The notes under the pieces were generated by a model. That model was given only the letters and a program-made list of their open reading frames with translations, made no database searches and was not told the DNA's origin. Positions 1 through 10,616 of a DNA stretch of 64,000 nt are shown here, piece after piece. Origin of the DNA: an uncultured Chloroflexia bacterium (GTDB taxonomy: Bacteria; Chloroflexota; Chloroflexia; Thermomicrobiales; UBA6265); the NCBI GenBank assembly GCA_963741965.1, contig CAVUKC010000001.1:179008-243007 (forward strand). Direction: 5' to 3'. Position numbers and translations under genes: made by a program. How positions within the stretch are numbered: position 1 is the stretch's first letter; each line of letters opens with the position of its first letter.

Positions 1-1661
<1,661 letters not shown>

Positions 1662-1708
1662 TGGAGCACGTATCGGTATGCGTGGTCCACCCATGCCGAC
1701 CCAACCCC

Positions 1709-1738
1709 GGTAGGTCCGGGCCTCCGTGCCCGGGCGGG
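1709..1738. repeat. Intergenic GC-rich repeat family B, copy 1
   Basis: ggtaggtccgggcctccgtgcccgggcggg. Near-identical cores occur at 12046-12072 and 21266-21292. Confidence 0.8.
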
Positions 1739-1820
1739 TTCGAACTCACCGACCGGGAGAGACTGTTCGATTCACGGATGACCCTCGGCCCGGATCGGCC
1801 CCCTCGGCGGGGATGAGCAG

Positions 1821-1846
1821 CCCGCCCACGGAGGGGCGGGCCCACC
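1821..1846. repeat. Intergenic hairpin repeat family A, copy 1
   Basis: cccgcccacggaggggcgggcccacc (stem CCCGCC/GGCGGG), preceded by gcggggatga as in copy 2. Other copies at 12141-12166 and 52096-52122. Confidence 0.85.
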
Positions 1847-1882
1847 TGACTGAGCGGCTGTCCATTTGGATGTGGAGGCGCC

Positions 1883-3622
1883 TCAGCCGCGCTTGTAGAC
1901 GCGGGTTTCCCACGGGCGCAGGGTGATGCCGTCCTCGGCGTCGGGCGGTGGGTAGTTGCCGATCAACAGCTCCCCGCGCGCCCATTCAGCGGCGTCCGGC
2001 AGCTCCACCTGCGCCTCATCGCCGGAGAAGTTGCCGAGCACGAGCAGCGTGACCTCGTCCAGCGAGCGGGTGAAGGCGTACACCTTCGGGTCCTCCGGCA
2101 GCAGCATCTGGAAGTCGCCGAGCGCGATGACCGGGTGCTCGTGGCGGAGCTGGATCAGCTTGCGGTAGTGGTGGAAGACGGAATCCTCGTCCGCGCGGGC
2201 GGCGTCGGCGTTGATCTCGCTCGCGTTCGGGTTCACCGGGAACCACGGCACGCCGGTGGTGAAGCCGCCGCCGGCGTCGCCGGTCCACTGCATCGGGCTG
2301 CGGGCGTTGTCGCGACTGTGCATCCGCATCGCCGCGAGCAGCTCCTCCTCGTCGCGTCCGAGCGCGACCGCCGCCGCGGCGAAGTTGATTGCCTCGACAT
2401 CGAGGAAGTCCTTCAGCGAGGTGAAGGGCACGTTGGTCATGCCGATCTCCTCGCCCTGATAGACGTAGGGTGTGCCACGGTGCATGTGCAGCACCGTGCC
2501 GAGCATCTTCGCCGACTGCACGCGGTACTCGCCGTCGTCGCCGAAACGGGAGACGACACGCGGCTGGTCGTGGTTGTTCCAGTAGAGGCTGTTCCAGCCG
2601 ATGTCCTCCAGCCCCTCCTGCCAGCGGCCGAGCGAGGCCTTGAGATCGGTGAGCTTGAGCGGCAGCGGCTCGTACTTGTTGCCGCCGCGGTCGAGCTGGA
2701 CGTGCTCGAACTGGAAGACCATGTCGACCTCGTGCCGGCTGGGGTCGGTGTAGAGGCGCGCCTGGTCGATGGTGACGCCCGGCATCTCCCCGACGGTGAG
2801 CATCTTGTCGCGTCCCTCGAAGACCTCGCGGTGCATCTCCTGCAGGAACTCGTGGATGCGCGGGCCCGAGAAGTAGTAGGGAGAGCCGTCGCCGAGGGTG
2901 CCGTGACCGGTGGGAGCGCCGTCCGGCAGGCTGGTGTCCTTGGAGATCAGGTTGATGACGTCCATGCGGAAGCCATCGACGCCGCGGTCGAGCCACCAGT
3001 TCATCATGTCGTAGATGGCGTGTCGGACGTCCGGGTTCTCCCAGTTGAGGTCCGGCTGCTTGCGGTCGAAGAGGTGCAGGTAGTACTCGCCGGTCGCCTC
3101 GTCGTAGTCCCACGTCGGGCCGGAGAAGAACGACTGCCAGTTGGTCGGCTCGGCGCCCGGCGTGTTGGGCTCGAAGCCGTCGCGCGCCGGACGCCACCAG
3201 TACCAGTCGCGCTTCGGGTTGTCCTTGCTGGAGCGCGACTCGATGAACCACGGGTGCTCGTCGGAGGTGTGGTTGACGACGAGGTCCATCACGAGCTTGA
3301 TGTCGCGCTTTCGCGTCTCCTCGAGGAGCTCGTCGAAGTCGGCGAGGGTGCCGAAGGCGGGGTCGATGCCCTGGTAGTCGCTGATGTCGTAGCCCATGTC
3401 GGCCTGCGGCGAGGTGTAGATGGGCGAGAGCCAGATCACGTCGACGCCGAGCTCGGCGAGGTAATCCAACTTGCCGATGATGCCCTGCAGGTCGCCGATG
3501 CCGTCGCCGTTGGAGTCGGCGAAGGAGCGGGGATAGATCTGGTAGACGACGGCGTGCTTCCACCAGGCGTCCTGTTCCTCGGTATGGCTGTGGCGGCTGG
3601 CCGGTGCGTCGCTGGCGGTCAT
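1883..3622 (-). CDS. GH13 alpha-glucosidase / oligo-1,6-glucosidase family
   Basis: 579-aa ORF with QIYPRSF N-terminus and GH13 conserved regions DLVVNHTS, GFRMDVINLI, VGEMPG, YWNNHDQPR. Confidence 0.9.
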   Translation of the reverse strand: MTASDAPASRHSHTEEQDAWWKHAVVYQIYPRSFADSNGDGIGDLQGIIGKLDYLAELGVDVIWLSPIYTSPQADMGYDISDYQGIDPAFGTLADFDELLEETRKRDIKLVMDLVVNHTSDEHPWFIESRSSKDNPKRDWYWWRPARDGFEPNTPGAEPTNWQSFFSGPTWDYDEATGEYYLHLFDRKQPDLNWENPDVRHAIYDMMNWWLDRGVDGFRMDVINLISKDTSLPDGAPTGHGTLGDGSPYYFSGPRIHEFLQEMHREVFEGRDKMLTVGEMPGVTIDQARLYTDPSRHEVDMVFQFEHVQLDRGGNKYEPLPLKLTDLKASLGRWQEGLEDIGWNSLYWNNHDQPRVVSRFGDDGEYRVQSAKMLGTVLHMHRGTPYVYQGEEIGMTNVPFTSLKDFLDVEAINFAAAAVALGRDEEELLAAMRMHSRDNARSPMQWTGDAGGGFTTGVPWFPVNPNASEINADAARADEDSVFHHYRKLIQLRHEHPVIALGDFQMLLPEDPKVYAFTRSLDEVTLLVLGNFSGDEAQVELPDAAEWARGELLIGNYPPPDAEDGITLRPWETRVYKRG

Positions 3623-3706
3623 CGGGTGTCATCCTCCCTCGGTTGGTGCGCGTTCTGCTGCAAGCGTACCGGAAGAGCCGTGCCACGGGTCAGGCCCACC
3701 AGATCC

Positions 3707-3906
3707 CTGTCATCCTGAGCCGGCCAGGAGCCGCAGGCGACGCCGCACGTGTCGAAGGATCCCCCGGCGAAGCCGGTCCGTACCCTCTGGTTCCGAAGGC
3801 TCTCAGTGTCATCTTGTGTGAACCGAACATGTGAACGTCCGCCCTGCGGGCGGGGGATCCCTCGACACGCTCGGCGCTTCGCGCCTCACGGCTCGGGATG
3901 ACAGGG
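3707..3906. repeat. MITE-like foldback repeat family D, copy 1 (about 200 bp)
   Basis: Termini ctgtcatcctgagccgg ... cggctcgggatgacagg are inverted. Internal gtgtcgaaggatccc / ggatccctcgacac arms. Related copies at 35313-35511 and 44000-44233. Confidence 0.8.
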
Positions 3907-3963
3907 GTGGGGGCAACGCTTCCCGCAGCGATCGGAACGCGCATCACGCGTGCAAGGTCGGTA

Positions 3964-5416
3964 CTATGGGGCTTCCATGATCTCCGGGCGGCGCTGCCAG
4001 GCGGGGTTGGCGTGCTCGAAGGCGAGCGACGCGCGCAGCAGCTCGACCTCGCCGAGCGGCCGGCCGACGAGCTGGATGCCGACTGGCAGGCCGTCCTCCG
4101 TGAAGCCGCACGGCAGGGAGATCGCGGGCAGGCCGGTCGCCGAGATGTACCAGCAGGAGCGCATCCAGCCGAGGTAGTCGTCCTGCTCCTCACCAGCGAC
4201 CTCCCGGGGCCACGTCCACTCGGCCGGGAACGGCGGAAGCTGCACGGTCGGTGTCGGCAAGGACGTCGATGCCGTCGAAGAGTTCGACCATGCGCTGATA
4301 GAGCCGGGTACGCGCGGTGAACGCCTCGTGGATGTCCGTGGCGGTGAGCTCGAGACCGGCTTCGACGTCTGTGCGGATGTTGTCGCTGAGCGAGTCGGGC
4401 TGTGTCCGGTAGAGCTCGCCGTAGCGCTGCGAGGCGCCCCAGAAGCGGAGCGTCCGAAATGCGAAGGCCGCGTCTTCGAAGTCCGGCTCGATGTCGCGGA
4501 CCTCGGCTCCCAATTCCTCGAGCGCCGGGCGGCCATCCCGCTCCAGCACCTCCGTCACCGCCGGGTCGACCGGCAGACCACCGAGCGTGCGGGACCAGCC
4601 GACCCGCACGCCGCGCAGACTCGTGGGTGGCGCGCTCTCGGCGATGGTGGCGAACGGGCTGCCGTCGCCGGGGAGGGAGTCCGGGTCACGCGGGTCGAAC
4701 CCGGCGAGGACCGACTGCAGCAGGGCGGTGTCGGCGACGGTGCGGCCCATCGCGCCGACGACCGAGTAGCCGACCCAGCCGGTCGCCACCGGCGCGCTCG
4801 AGTTGCGGCCGATGGCGGCGCGGAGGCCGACCACGTTGCAGAACGATGCCGGGTTGCGCAGCGACCCACCGGTGTCGCTGCCGTCGGCAAGGCTGAGCAT
4901 GCCGCTCGCAAGCGCGGCGGCCGCGCCACCGGAGGAGCCACCCGCGCTCCGGTCGGTGCCGTAGGGATTTCGGGTGACGCCGAAGAGCGGGTTGAAGGTG
5001 TGGGAGCCGGCGCCCATCTCCGGCACGTTGGTCTTGCCGAGGCGGATCGCGCCGGCCTCGACCATGCGCGCCACGGTCGCCACATCTTCGTCCGGAACAT
5101 TGTCCTTGTAGATGGGGCTGCCGTAGGTGGTGCGCATGCCCTTGGTCGCGCGGAGGTCCTTGTGGGCGACGACGAGGCCGTGCAGCGGGCCGAGCGACTC
5201 GCCCCGGGCGAGCGCGTCATCGGCGGCCTGCGCCTGTGCCATCGCGCCCTCAGCGTCCATCGTCACGATCGCGTTGACGACCGGGTTGACCTCGGCGATG
5301 CGGGCGAGATACGCCTGCAGGAGCTCGCGCGCGGAGATCGCGCGGCGTCGCAGGAGGTCGCGCTGCTCGATCGCGGGAAGGTAGCAGAGGTCCGTTGCGG
5401 TGGTGGGGATGGCCAC
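3964..5416 (-). pseudogene. Amidase (amidase-signature family), interrupted by a +1 frameshift near 4261
   Basis: ORF 4190..5416 carries GGSSGGAAAALA and ends in junk after FDGIDV. ORF 3964..4536 continues LPTPTVQLPPFP...ISLPCGF...VGIQLVG in the next frame. The span is 1453 nt (1 mod 3). Confidence 0.8.
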
Positions 5417-5511
5417 AGGGTGGTGCCGCCTTGTCGTGTGATGCGCCGGCCGGCGCGTCGGGTGGTGTACGCCGGCATTGTACCCGTGCGCCGCCTGCGC
5501 TCAACCTGCGG

Positions 5512-6747
5512 TCAGACGGCTCTCATGGCGACACAGGCGTTGATGCCGCCGAACCCGAAGGCGTTGCTGAGCAGATGCGTCACCTGCTGGTCGCGGCCGC
5601 CCGGCGGGATGACGTCGAGGTCGCACGCCGGGTCCTTGTCGATCAGGTTCGCATTGCCGGGCAGGTGCCCCCGCTGCATGGCGATCGCGCAGATCGCGAC
5701 CTCCATCGCGCCGGTCGCGCCGAGCGCGTGGCCATGGAGCCCCTTTGTGCCGCTCACCGGCACCTCGTCGGCGTGGTCGCCGAGCGCGATGCGGATCGCC
5801 TTGCACTCGGTCGGCTCGTTGAGCACGGTCGATGAGCCGTGGGCGTTAACGTACTCGATCTGGTCCGGTGCGAGGTTGGCGGCGCAGAGGGCGTCCTGCA
5901 TCGCCTTCGCGGCGCGGCTGCCGTCGGGGTGCGGCCGGGTCATGTGGTGACCGTCGCTGCTGGTGCCGTAGCCGGCGAGCTCGGCATAGATGCGGGCACC
6001 ACGCGACTGCGCGTGCTCGAACGACTCGAGAACCAGCACCGTGCCACCCTCGGCGATCACGAAGCCGTCACGCCCGGCATCGAAGGGGCGGCTGGCGGTT
6101 CCTGGATCATCGTTGCGGGTACTCAGCACGCGGATCATGGCGAAGGCGCCGAAGGTGAGCGGCGCGAGCGGCGCCTCCGCTCCGCCGGCGAGCATCACCG
6201 GCACGCGACCGTCCTCGATCAGGCGGGCGGCCTCCCCGATGGCGATCATGCCAGCGGCGCAGGAGTTGCCGTTGGCGATCGAGGGGCCGTTGAGGCCCAT
6301 CTCGATGGTGATGTTGGAGGACGCCGCGCCACCGAAGACGGAGAGCGCCAGCATCGGGTTGACCTTGCCGACGCCGCCGGTGACGTAGGCGTGGTGCTGT
6401 TCCTCGGCGAATGCGACGCCGCCCAGCGCGGAGCCCATGTAGACCCCGGCGCCGGCGCGGGCGGCGTCCTCAGGGGAGAGCGCCGCGTCTTCCAGCGCCA
6501 TTTGCGCTGAAACGAGGGCAAACTGCGAGAAGCGGTCAAGCCGGCGGGCACGCTTCGGCGCCATGTAATCGACGGGGTCGAAGTCGACCTCGGCGGCGAC
6601 CTGGCTGGGGAAGTCGGACGGGTCGAAGCGGGAGATGCGGCGCACGGCGGACTCGCCGCGGCGCACGCCGTCCCACAATCCCTCCACGCCGGTCCCGATC
6701 GGGGTGATGGTGCCGATGCCGGTGATGGCGACGCGTTGCTTGTTCAT
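5512..6747 (-). CDS. Beta-ketoacyl-ACP synthase II-like (KAS I/II family)
   Basis: Start MNKQRVAITGIGTITPIG at 6747. Active-site context NSCAAG, VNAHGSST, GLHGHALGATGA (Cys-His-His). The longer 510-aa ORF is an unsupported N-terminal extension. Confidence 0.85.
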   Translation of the reverse strand: MNKQRVAITGIGTITPIGTGVEGLWDGVRRGESAVRRISRFDPSDFPSQVAAEVDFDPVDYMAPKRARRLDRFSQFALVSAQMALEDAALSPEDAARAGAGVYMGSALGGVAFAEEQHHAYVTGGVGKVNPMLALSVFGGAASSNITIEMGLNGPSIANGNSCAAGMIAIGEAARLIEDGRVPVMLAGGAEAPLAPLTFGAFAMIRVLSTRNDDPGTASRPFDAGRDGFVIAEGGTVLVLESFEHAQSRGARIYAELAGYGTSSDGHHMTRPHPDGSRAAKAMQDALCAANLAPDQIEYVNAHGSSTVLNEPTECKAIRIALGDHADEVPVSGTKGLHGHALGATGAMEVAICAIAMQRGHLPGNANLIDKDPACDLDVIPPGGRDQQVTHLLSNAFGFGGINACVAMRAV

Positions 6748-7223
6748 CGTGGAATCCCGTCTGGTTGGAATCGCTGATCGCGATCCTCGACGATGCCCTT
6801 GATCGTGGTGAGTGTTCTGGTTGCGATCGCCTCGACGAACTGCGGTCCGATGATGCGGTCGGCGACGAAGCCGCCCACCACCGGCCAGGGCGGGTCGAAG
6901 TCGTGGTCGATGGTGACGTAGACGCCATCGGAGGTGGGATTGAACGTCCAGGCAACGTCCATCCCTTTCGTCACGCCGCCGATGTGGTGGAAGCGGATGA
7001 TCGGTGTCGGGCCGTCGCGTTCGACGTCCTGCCGTGCACGCCATTTGACCGGGATGACGTCACGCCGGGCGGCCATCTCGACCGCCTTGTGGTCACCGCC
7101 GCCCTCGAGCACGGTGACCCATCGGTAGTGGGGCAGGATCTCCGGCCATCGCTCTGTGGCGACGGCCAGCTCGACGATGTGCTCGAGCTCACCCTGCATC
7201 AGCACGGTGTTCGCCGTTTTCAT
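6744..7223 (-). CDS. SRPBCC (polyketide cyclase/dehydrase-like) family protein
   Basis: 159-aa ORF with an SRPBCC-like sequence pattern (WPEILPHYRWV...). Its stop overlaps the KAS start by 4 nt (ATGA). Confidence 0.6.
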   Translation of the reverse strand: MKTANTVLMQGELEHIVELAVATERWPEILPHYRWVTVLEGGGDHKAVEMAARRDVIPVKWRARQDVERDGPTPIIRFHHIGGVTKGMDVAWTFNPTSDGVYVTIDHDFDPPWPVVGGFVADRIIGPQFVEAIATRTLTTIKGIVEDRDQRFQPDGIPR

Positions 7224-7241
7224 GCTTCCTCCTTCTCGCCG

Positions 7242-8450
7242 TCAGGGACGCAGTAACCCGGCCAGGTAGATCGGCGATAGGGTCTGTGTGGCCGGTCGAA
7301 GGTTGCCGAGGACACCCGCGAGGGTGAGTCCGAGGTCGTCGCGCGCGGCGAGTCGATCGGTGACGTAGTTCATCAGCGGCGGGTGGTTGACGAACCCCTG
7401 CACGACCCAGCTCACCGCCCGCTTGGTCGTGAACTCACGTCGCCGAGCTCGCCGGTAGCCATCGAGGTCGCTCGCCGAAGTGTCGCCTGAGCGCAGGGCG
7501 GCGGAGACGACCGGGGCGGCGAGGAAGCCGCTGCGCAACGCCTGGTAGACCCCCTCGCCGACGAACGGGTCGAGGAACGATGCAGCGTCGCCGAGCAGCA
7601 GCCAGCCGTCGCCGGTGACCCGGCGGGCGCGACGGCCCATCGGCCCGACTCCGCGGATGCTGCCGACACGGTCGGCGCCGTCGAGCCGGCTGGCGATGCC
7701 GGGGAGTGAATCGACCGTGGCGGCGAAGTAGTTCTCCAGGGAGCCGGTCTTTGCTTTCACGGCATCTGTCGGGACGACGACGGTGAGATTGACGAGGCCC
7801 TGCTCGAGGATCGCGAGCCCGGCGTAGGCGCCGCGGCCGACGTGCATCTCGCCGGACCCGTCGAGACCGGTGACGCCACGGTAGTGGGCGGCGAGGCCGG
7901 TCTTGCGCGGCCATCGCCAGTTGAGATCGAGGCCGAGGGAGCGGGCGACTGCGGAGTCGTGGCCGTCCGCGCCGATCACGATCGGGGCGCGGAGGCTCTC
8001 GCGGCTGCCGTCGATGGTCGCCTCGATCCCGCTGACGCGGTCACCATCGCGGATGACGTCGCGCACATGCGCTCGCTCACATACCGTCGCGCCTGCTTGC
8101 CGGGCGCGGTCGAGGAGGATGTGGTCGAGCCGGTAGCGGGAGAGACCGATCGCCGCCGCGTCCGGCTCGACGCGCGCGAAGGCGGCGGTGAAGCGGCTTC
8201 CGTTCGGCGCCTGGACGACCATCGCGGGCATGCGCGACGCGCCAGCGGCCATCACGGCATCCAGTACGCCAAGCCGCTCGAGCAGGCGCTCGCTGGCGGG
8301 GCTGGCGTAGTCCGAGCAGGGCTTGTGTCGCGGGAAGCTGGCCTTGTCGAGCAGCAGCACGCTGTGCCCGGCGTCGGCGAGCAGCGTCGCCACGGTGCTG
8401 CCGGCTGGGCCGGCTCCGACGACAATCACGTCGGCGTCGCGCTCAGGCAT
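7242..8450 (-). CDS. FAD-dependent oxidoreductase, geranylgeranyl-reductase family
   Basis: N-terminal DVIVVGAGPAGSTVATLLADAGHSVLLLDK dinucleotide fold. Later GDAASFLDPFVGEGV motif typical of GGR-like flavoproteins. Confidence 0.75.
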   Translation of the reverse strand: MPERDADVIVVGAGPAGSTVATLLADAGHSVLLLDKASFPRHKPCSDYASPASERLLERLGVLDAVMAAGASRMPAMVVQAPNGSRFTAAFARVEPDAAAIGLSRYRLDHILLDRARQAGATVCERAHVRDVIRDGDRVSGIEATIDGSRESLRAPIVIGADGHDSAVARSLGLDLNWRWPRKTGLAAHYRGVTGLDGSGEMHVGRGAYAGLAILEQGLVNLTVVVPTDAVKAKTGSLENYFAATVDSLPGIASRLDGADRVGSIRGVGPMGRRARRVTGDGWLLLGDAASFLDPFVGEGVYQALRSGFLAAPVVSAALRSGDTSASDLDGYRRARRREFTTKRAVSWVVQGFVNHPPLMNYVTDRLAARDDLGLTLAGVLGNLRPATQTLSPIYLAGLLRP

Positions 8451-9207
8451 CGGCAGCTCCGCGAACCTTCACGGCGGCCATCCGAAACCACGGATGCGTG
8501 GAGATGCGGGCGCCGTCGATACCGGCGTGGCGCAGCAGCCGGTGGAGCTCGTCCGGCGTGTAGGCGCGCAGCACCGAGAGTGGCGCGTCGTTGCGGGTGA
8601 GCCGGTTGCGGGTGGTGAGGCGGGCAGCACCCCACGCGGCGGCGTAGCCGAGGTATCCACGGCGCAGGTCGTTGAGGATGAAGCCGTGGCGACCGAGACG
8701 GTCCATCTCACGCAGCACCCGCACGGCGTCGTCCGGATCAAAGTGGTGGAGCGAGAGCGCGCAGTGGACGATGTCGACGCTTCCGTCAGGCAAGGGCACA
8801 TTCCGCGCGTCATACTGCGCGAAGGTGATCTCCGGGTGGCCGTTGGTGTGGCGCCGTGCGAGGTCGAGGATGCCGGCATCGACGTCGCTGGCGATGATCT
8901 CGACCGATCGCCCGCGCCGTTGCGCCCAGTGCAGGGTCGCGAGCGGGATGTCGCCCGAGCCGGTGGCGAGGTCGAGGATTGTCACTGGCTGGCCAGGGGG
9001 AACGCTGTCCACCAGTGCGGGAAGGTGCCGGATCGTGGTGGAGACGCCGCCGAGGAGCCGGTTGACCCGGCGGATGTCCCGGAAGTTGGACGCCAGCTCT
9101 GCGGGATCGTCGATGGAACCGTCGAGCAGCTCCCGCTCCACCCGCCGGGGCGGTGGATGGAGGAACCGGGCTGGGAGTCTGGGGGCTGGCGCTCCAGTTC
9201 GAAACAT
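8443..9207 (-). CDS. Class I SAM-dependent methyltransferase
   Basis: Motif I ILDLATGSGD, then IASDVD and VHCALSLHHF. The stop overlaps the reductase start by 8 nt. Confidence 0.75.
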   Translation of the reverse strand: MFRTGAPAPRLPARFLHPPPRRVERELLDGSIDDPAELASNFRDIRRVNRLLGGVSTTIRHLPALVDSVPPGQPVTILDLATGSGDIPLATLHWAQRRGRSVEIIASDVDAGILDLARRHTNGHPEITFAQYDARNVPLPDGSVDIVHCALSLHHFDPDDAVRVLREMDRLGRHGFILNDLRRGYLGYAAAWGAARLTTRNRLTRNDAPLSVLRAYTPDELHRLLRHAGIDGARISTHPWFRMAAVKVRGAADA

Positions 9208-9297
9208 CTGGGCGGTTCCTGGCCGTGCTGCGCGGGTGTCGATCTTTGGTCCACCGCACGTTGCGTACCCCGGCGTCCCCTTTCGCTGCGTGACCCG

Positions 9298-10167
9298 TCA
9301 GCTCCCGACGACCGCGATGGCCCAACCGATGCCGAGGGCAACCGTCGCGACGGCGGTGCAGGGGAAGGTGGCCATCACGCCTGTCCGAGCCTCGCGCCGC
9401 CAGAGCGCAATGTTGAGCGCGACCAGCGCCAGCACCGCGAGCGCGGCGAGGCGGAGGAGCGCCGGGTTGTCACCCAGCCACGGCGCGGCGATCGTGGCCG
9501 CCAGCGCGATGGTCGCCATGGAACCCCAGCAGGCCCACAGGGCGCGACGCTCGCCCAGAGCGACGGCCAGCGTATTCACACCGGCCGCACGGTCGCTGGC
9601 GACGTCCGGCAGACTCTGTGCGATTTGCAGCGCGATCACCGCGCCAGCCCCCAACGGGTAGACGCTGAACAGGGCGAGGTCGATGTCGTCGAGTGCGGCC
9701 CAGACCCATATCGGCAGGAGCGGGATGGCGACGAGGTAGGGTAGCCATGACAGAACCGTCCGCTTGAACCAGAGGCTGTAGGCGATGCCGGTGAGCGTGC
9801 CGAGCGTGCAGAGGAGCAAGGAGATGACGCCGAAGGTGGCGCTGAGGAGCACCATCACCGCCAGGCCCGTCGCGGTCATGGTCCACGCCCCGCGCTCGGT
9901 GACGAGTCCGGCCGGGATCGGCTTGTCGGGTCGGGCGGTCCGGTCGAGATCGACGTCGACCAGCTCGTTGATGGCGCCGATGGCCACCTGCCCGCCCAGC
10001 ATCGCGCCGAGCAGGAGCACCATCGCCCCCGTGCCCGGCCAGCCGCCGGCGGCAACCAGCGCGAAGGCCGCCGTGGCGGTGATGACGACGATGATCGGTA
10101 CCGCGTGGGGCAGGAGGACGTAGCCGCGCAGCACCTGGCCGATGGATGGTTGGTCTGCCTGAGACAT
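9298..10167 (-). CDS. UbiA-family prenyltransferase (polytopic membrane protein)
   Basis: NELVDVDLDRTARPDKPIPAG Asp-rich motif and multiple hydrophobic helices. The start is taken at the internal MSQADQ; the ORF extends to 10257. Confidence 0.75.
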   Translation of the reverse strand: MSQADQPSIGQVLRGYVLLPHAVPIIVVITATAAFALVAAGGWPGTGAMVLLLGAMLGGQVAIGAINELVDVDLDRTARPDKPIPAGLVTERGAWTMTATGLAVMVLLSATFGVISLLLCTLGTLTGIAYSLWFKRTVLSWLPYLVAIPLLPIWVWAALDDIDLALFSVYPLGAGAVIALQIAQSLPDVASDRAAGVNTLAVALGERRALWACWGSMATIALAATIAAPWLGDNPALLRLAALAVLALVALNIALWRREARTGVMATFPCTAVATVALGIGWAIAVVGS

Positions 10168-10271
10168 GCGCGGAGTATCCGCGATCGGGCCGTGCGCGGC
10201 AACGTGACGGCGGCATGGTTCCTGCTTTTTCTCGGCGCAATGATACGTCGCAGTCACAGGAGGAACGCACC

Positions 10272-10481
10272 ATGACCGACCGTGATGTCGAGCGAGAGAT
10301 CGAGGCGAACGAGCAGCGCGCGAATGATGATGCGCGGGACGACGATGACGGGATTCTCGACACGGCCGAGGACGCGATCAGCCCGATAACGGAGGCGATC
10401 GGCCGCGCGGATGACGATGACGAGGACGCCGCGGCGTCGCAACGCAGGCTCAACGACGAGGAGCAGCGTCGCGGCGAGTGA
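10272..10481 (+). CDS. Small acidic hypothetical protein (69 aa)
   Basis: ATG at 10272 is preceded by aggagga. The sequence is highly D/E rich. It lies divergent to the UbiA operon. Confidence 0.4.
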   Translation: MTDRDVEREIEANEQRANDDARDDDDGILDTAEDAISPITEAIGRADDDDEDAAASQRRLNDEEQRRGE

Positions 10482-10616
10482 CGGGCGCCGTCATCCATGT
10501 GCGCGGTGCGAGCGAGGGGCGATTCCGAACGGGGTCGCCTCTCGTCGTGTTGCCCGGTGCGTCCGCCACTGGTGTAATGCCGCTATCGACCTGCCGACCA
10601 TGCCGGAGCGCCATCC

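Noticed and set aside
1690-1760. tRNA-like GGTTCGAAC (T-loop-like) string next to repeat B.
   Set aside because: Flanking bases do not form a T-stem, and no acceptor or anticodon arms can be drawn. It is part of the family B repeat context, not a tRNA or an obvious tRNA fragment.
5512-7044. The 510-aa version of the ketosynthase ORF, and similar long N-terminal extensions (18192..20042, 23701..24621, 24390..25283, 25780..26505, 53279..53884, 54104..55180, 60949..63453).
   Set aside because: The extensions overlap upstream genes or repeats, are low complexity, and are followed by internal starts that match family N-termini and have RBSs.
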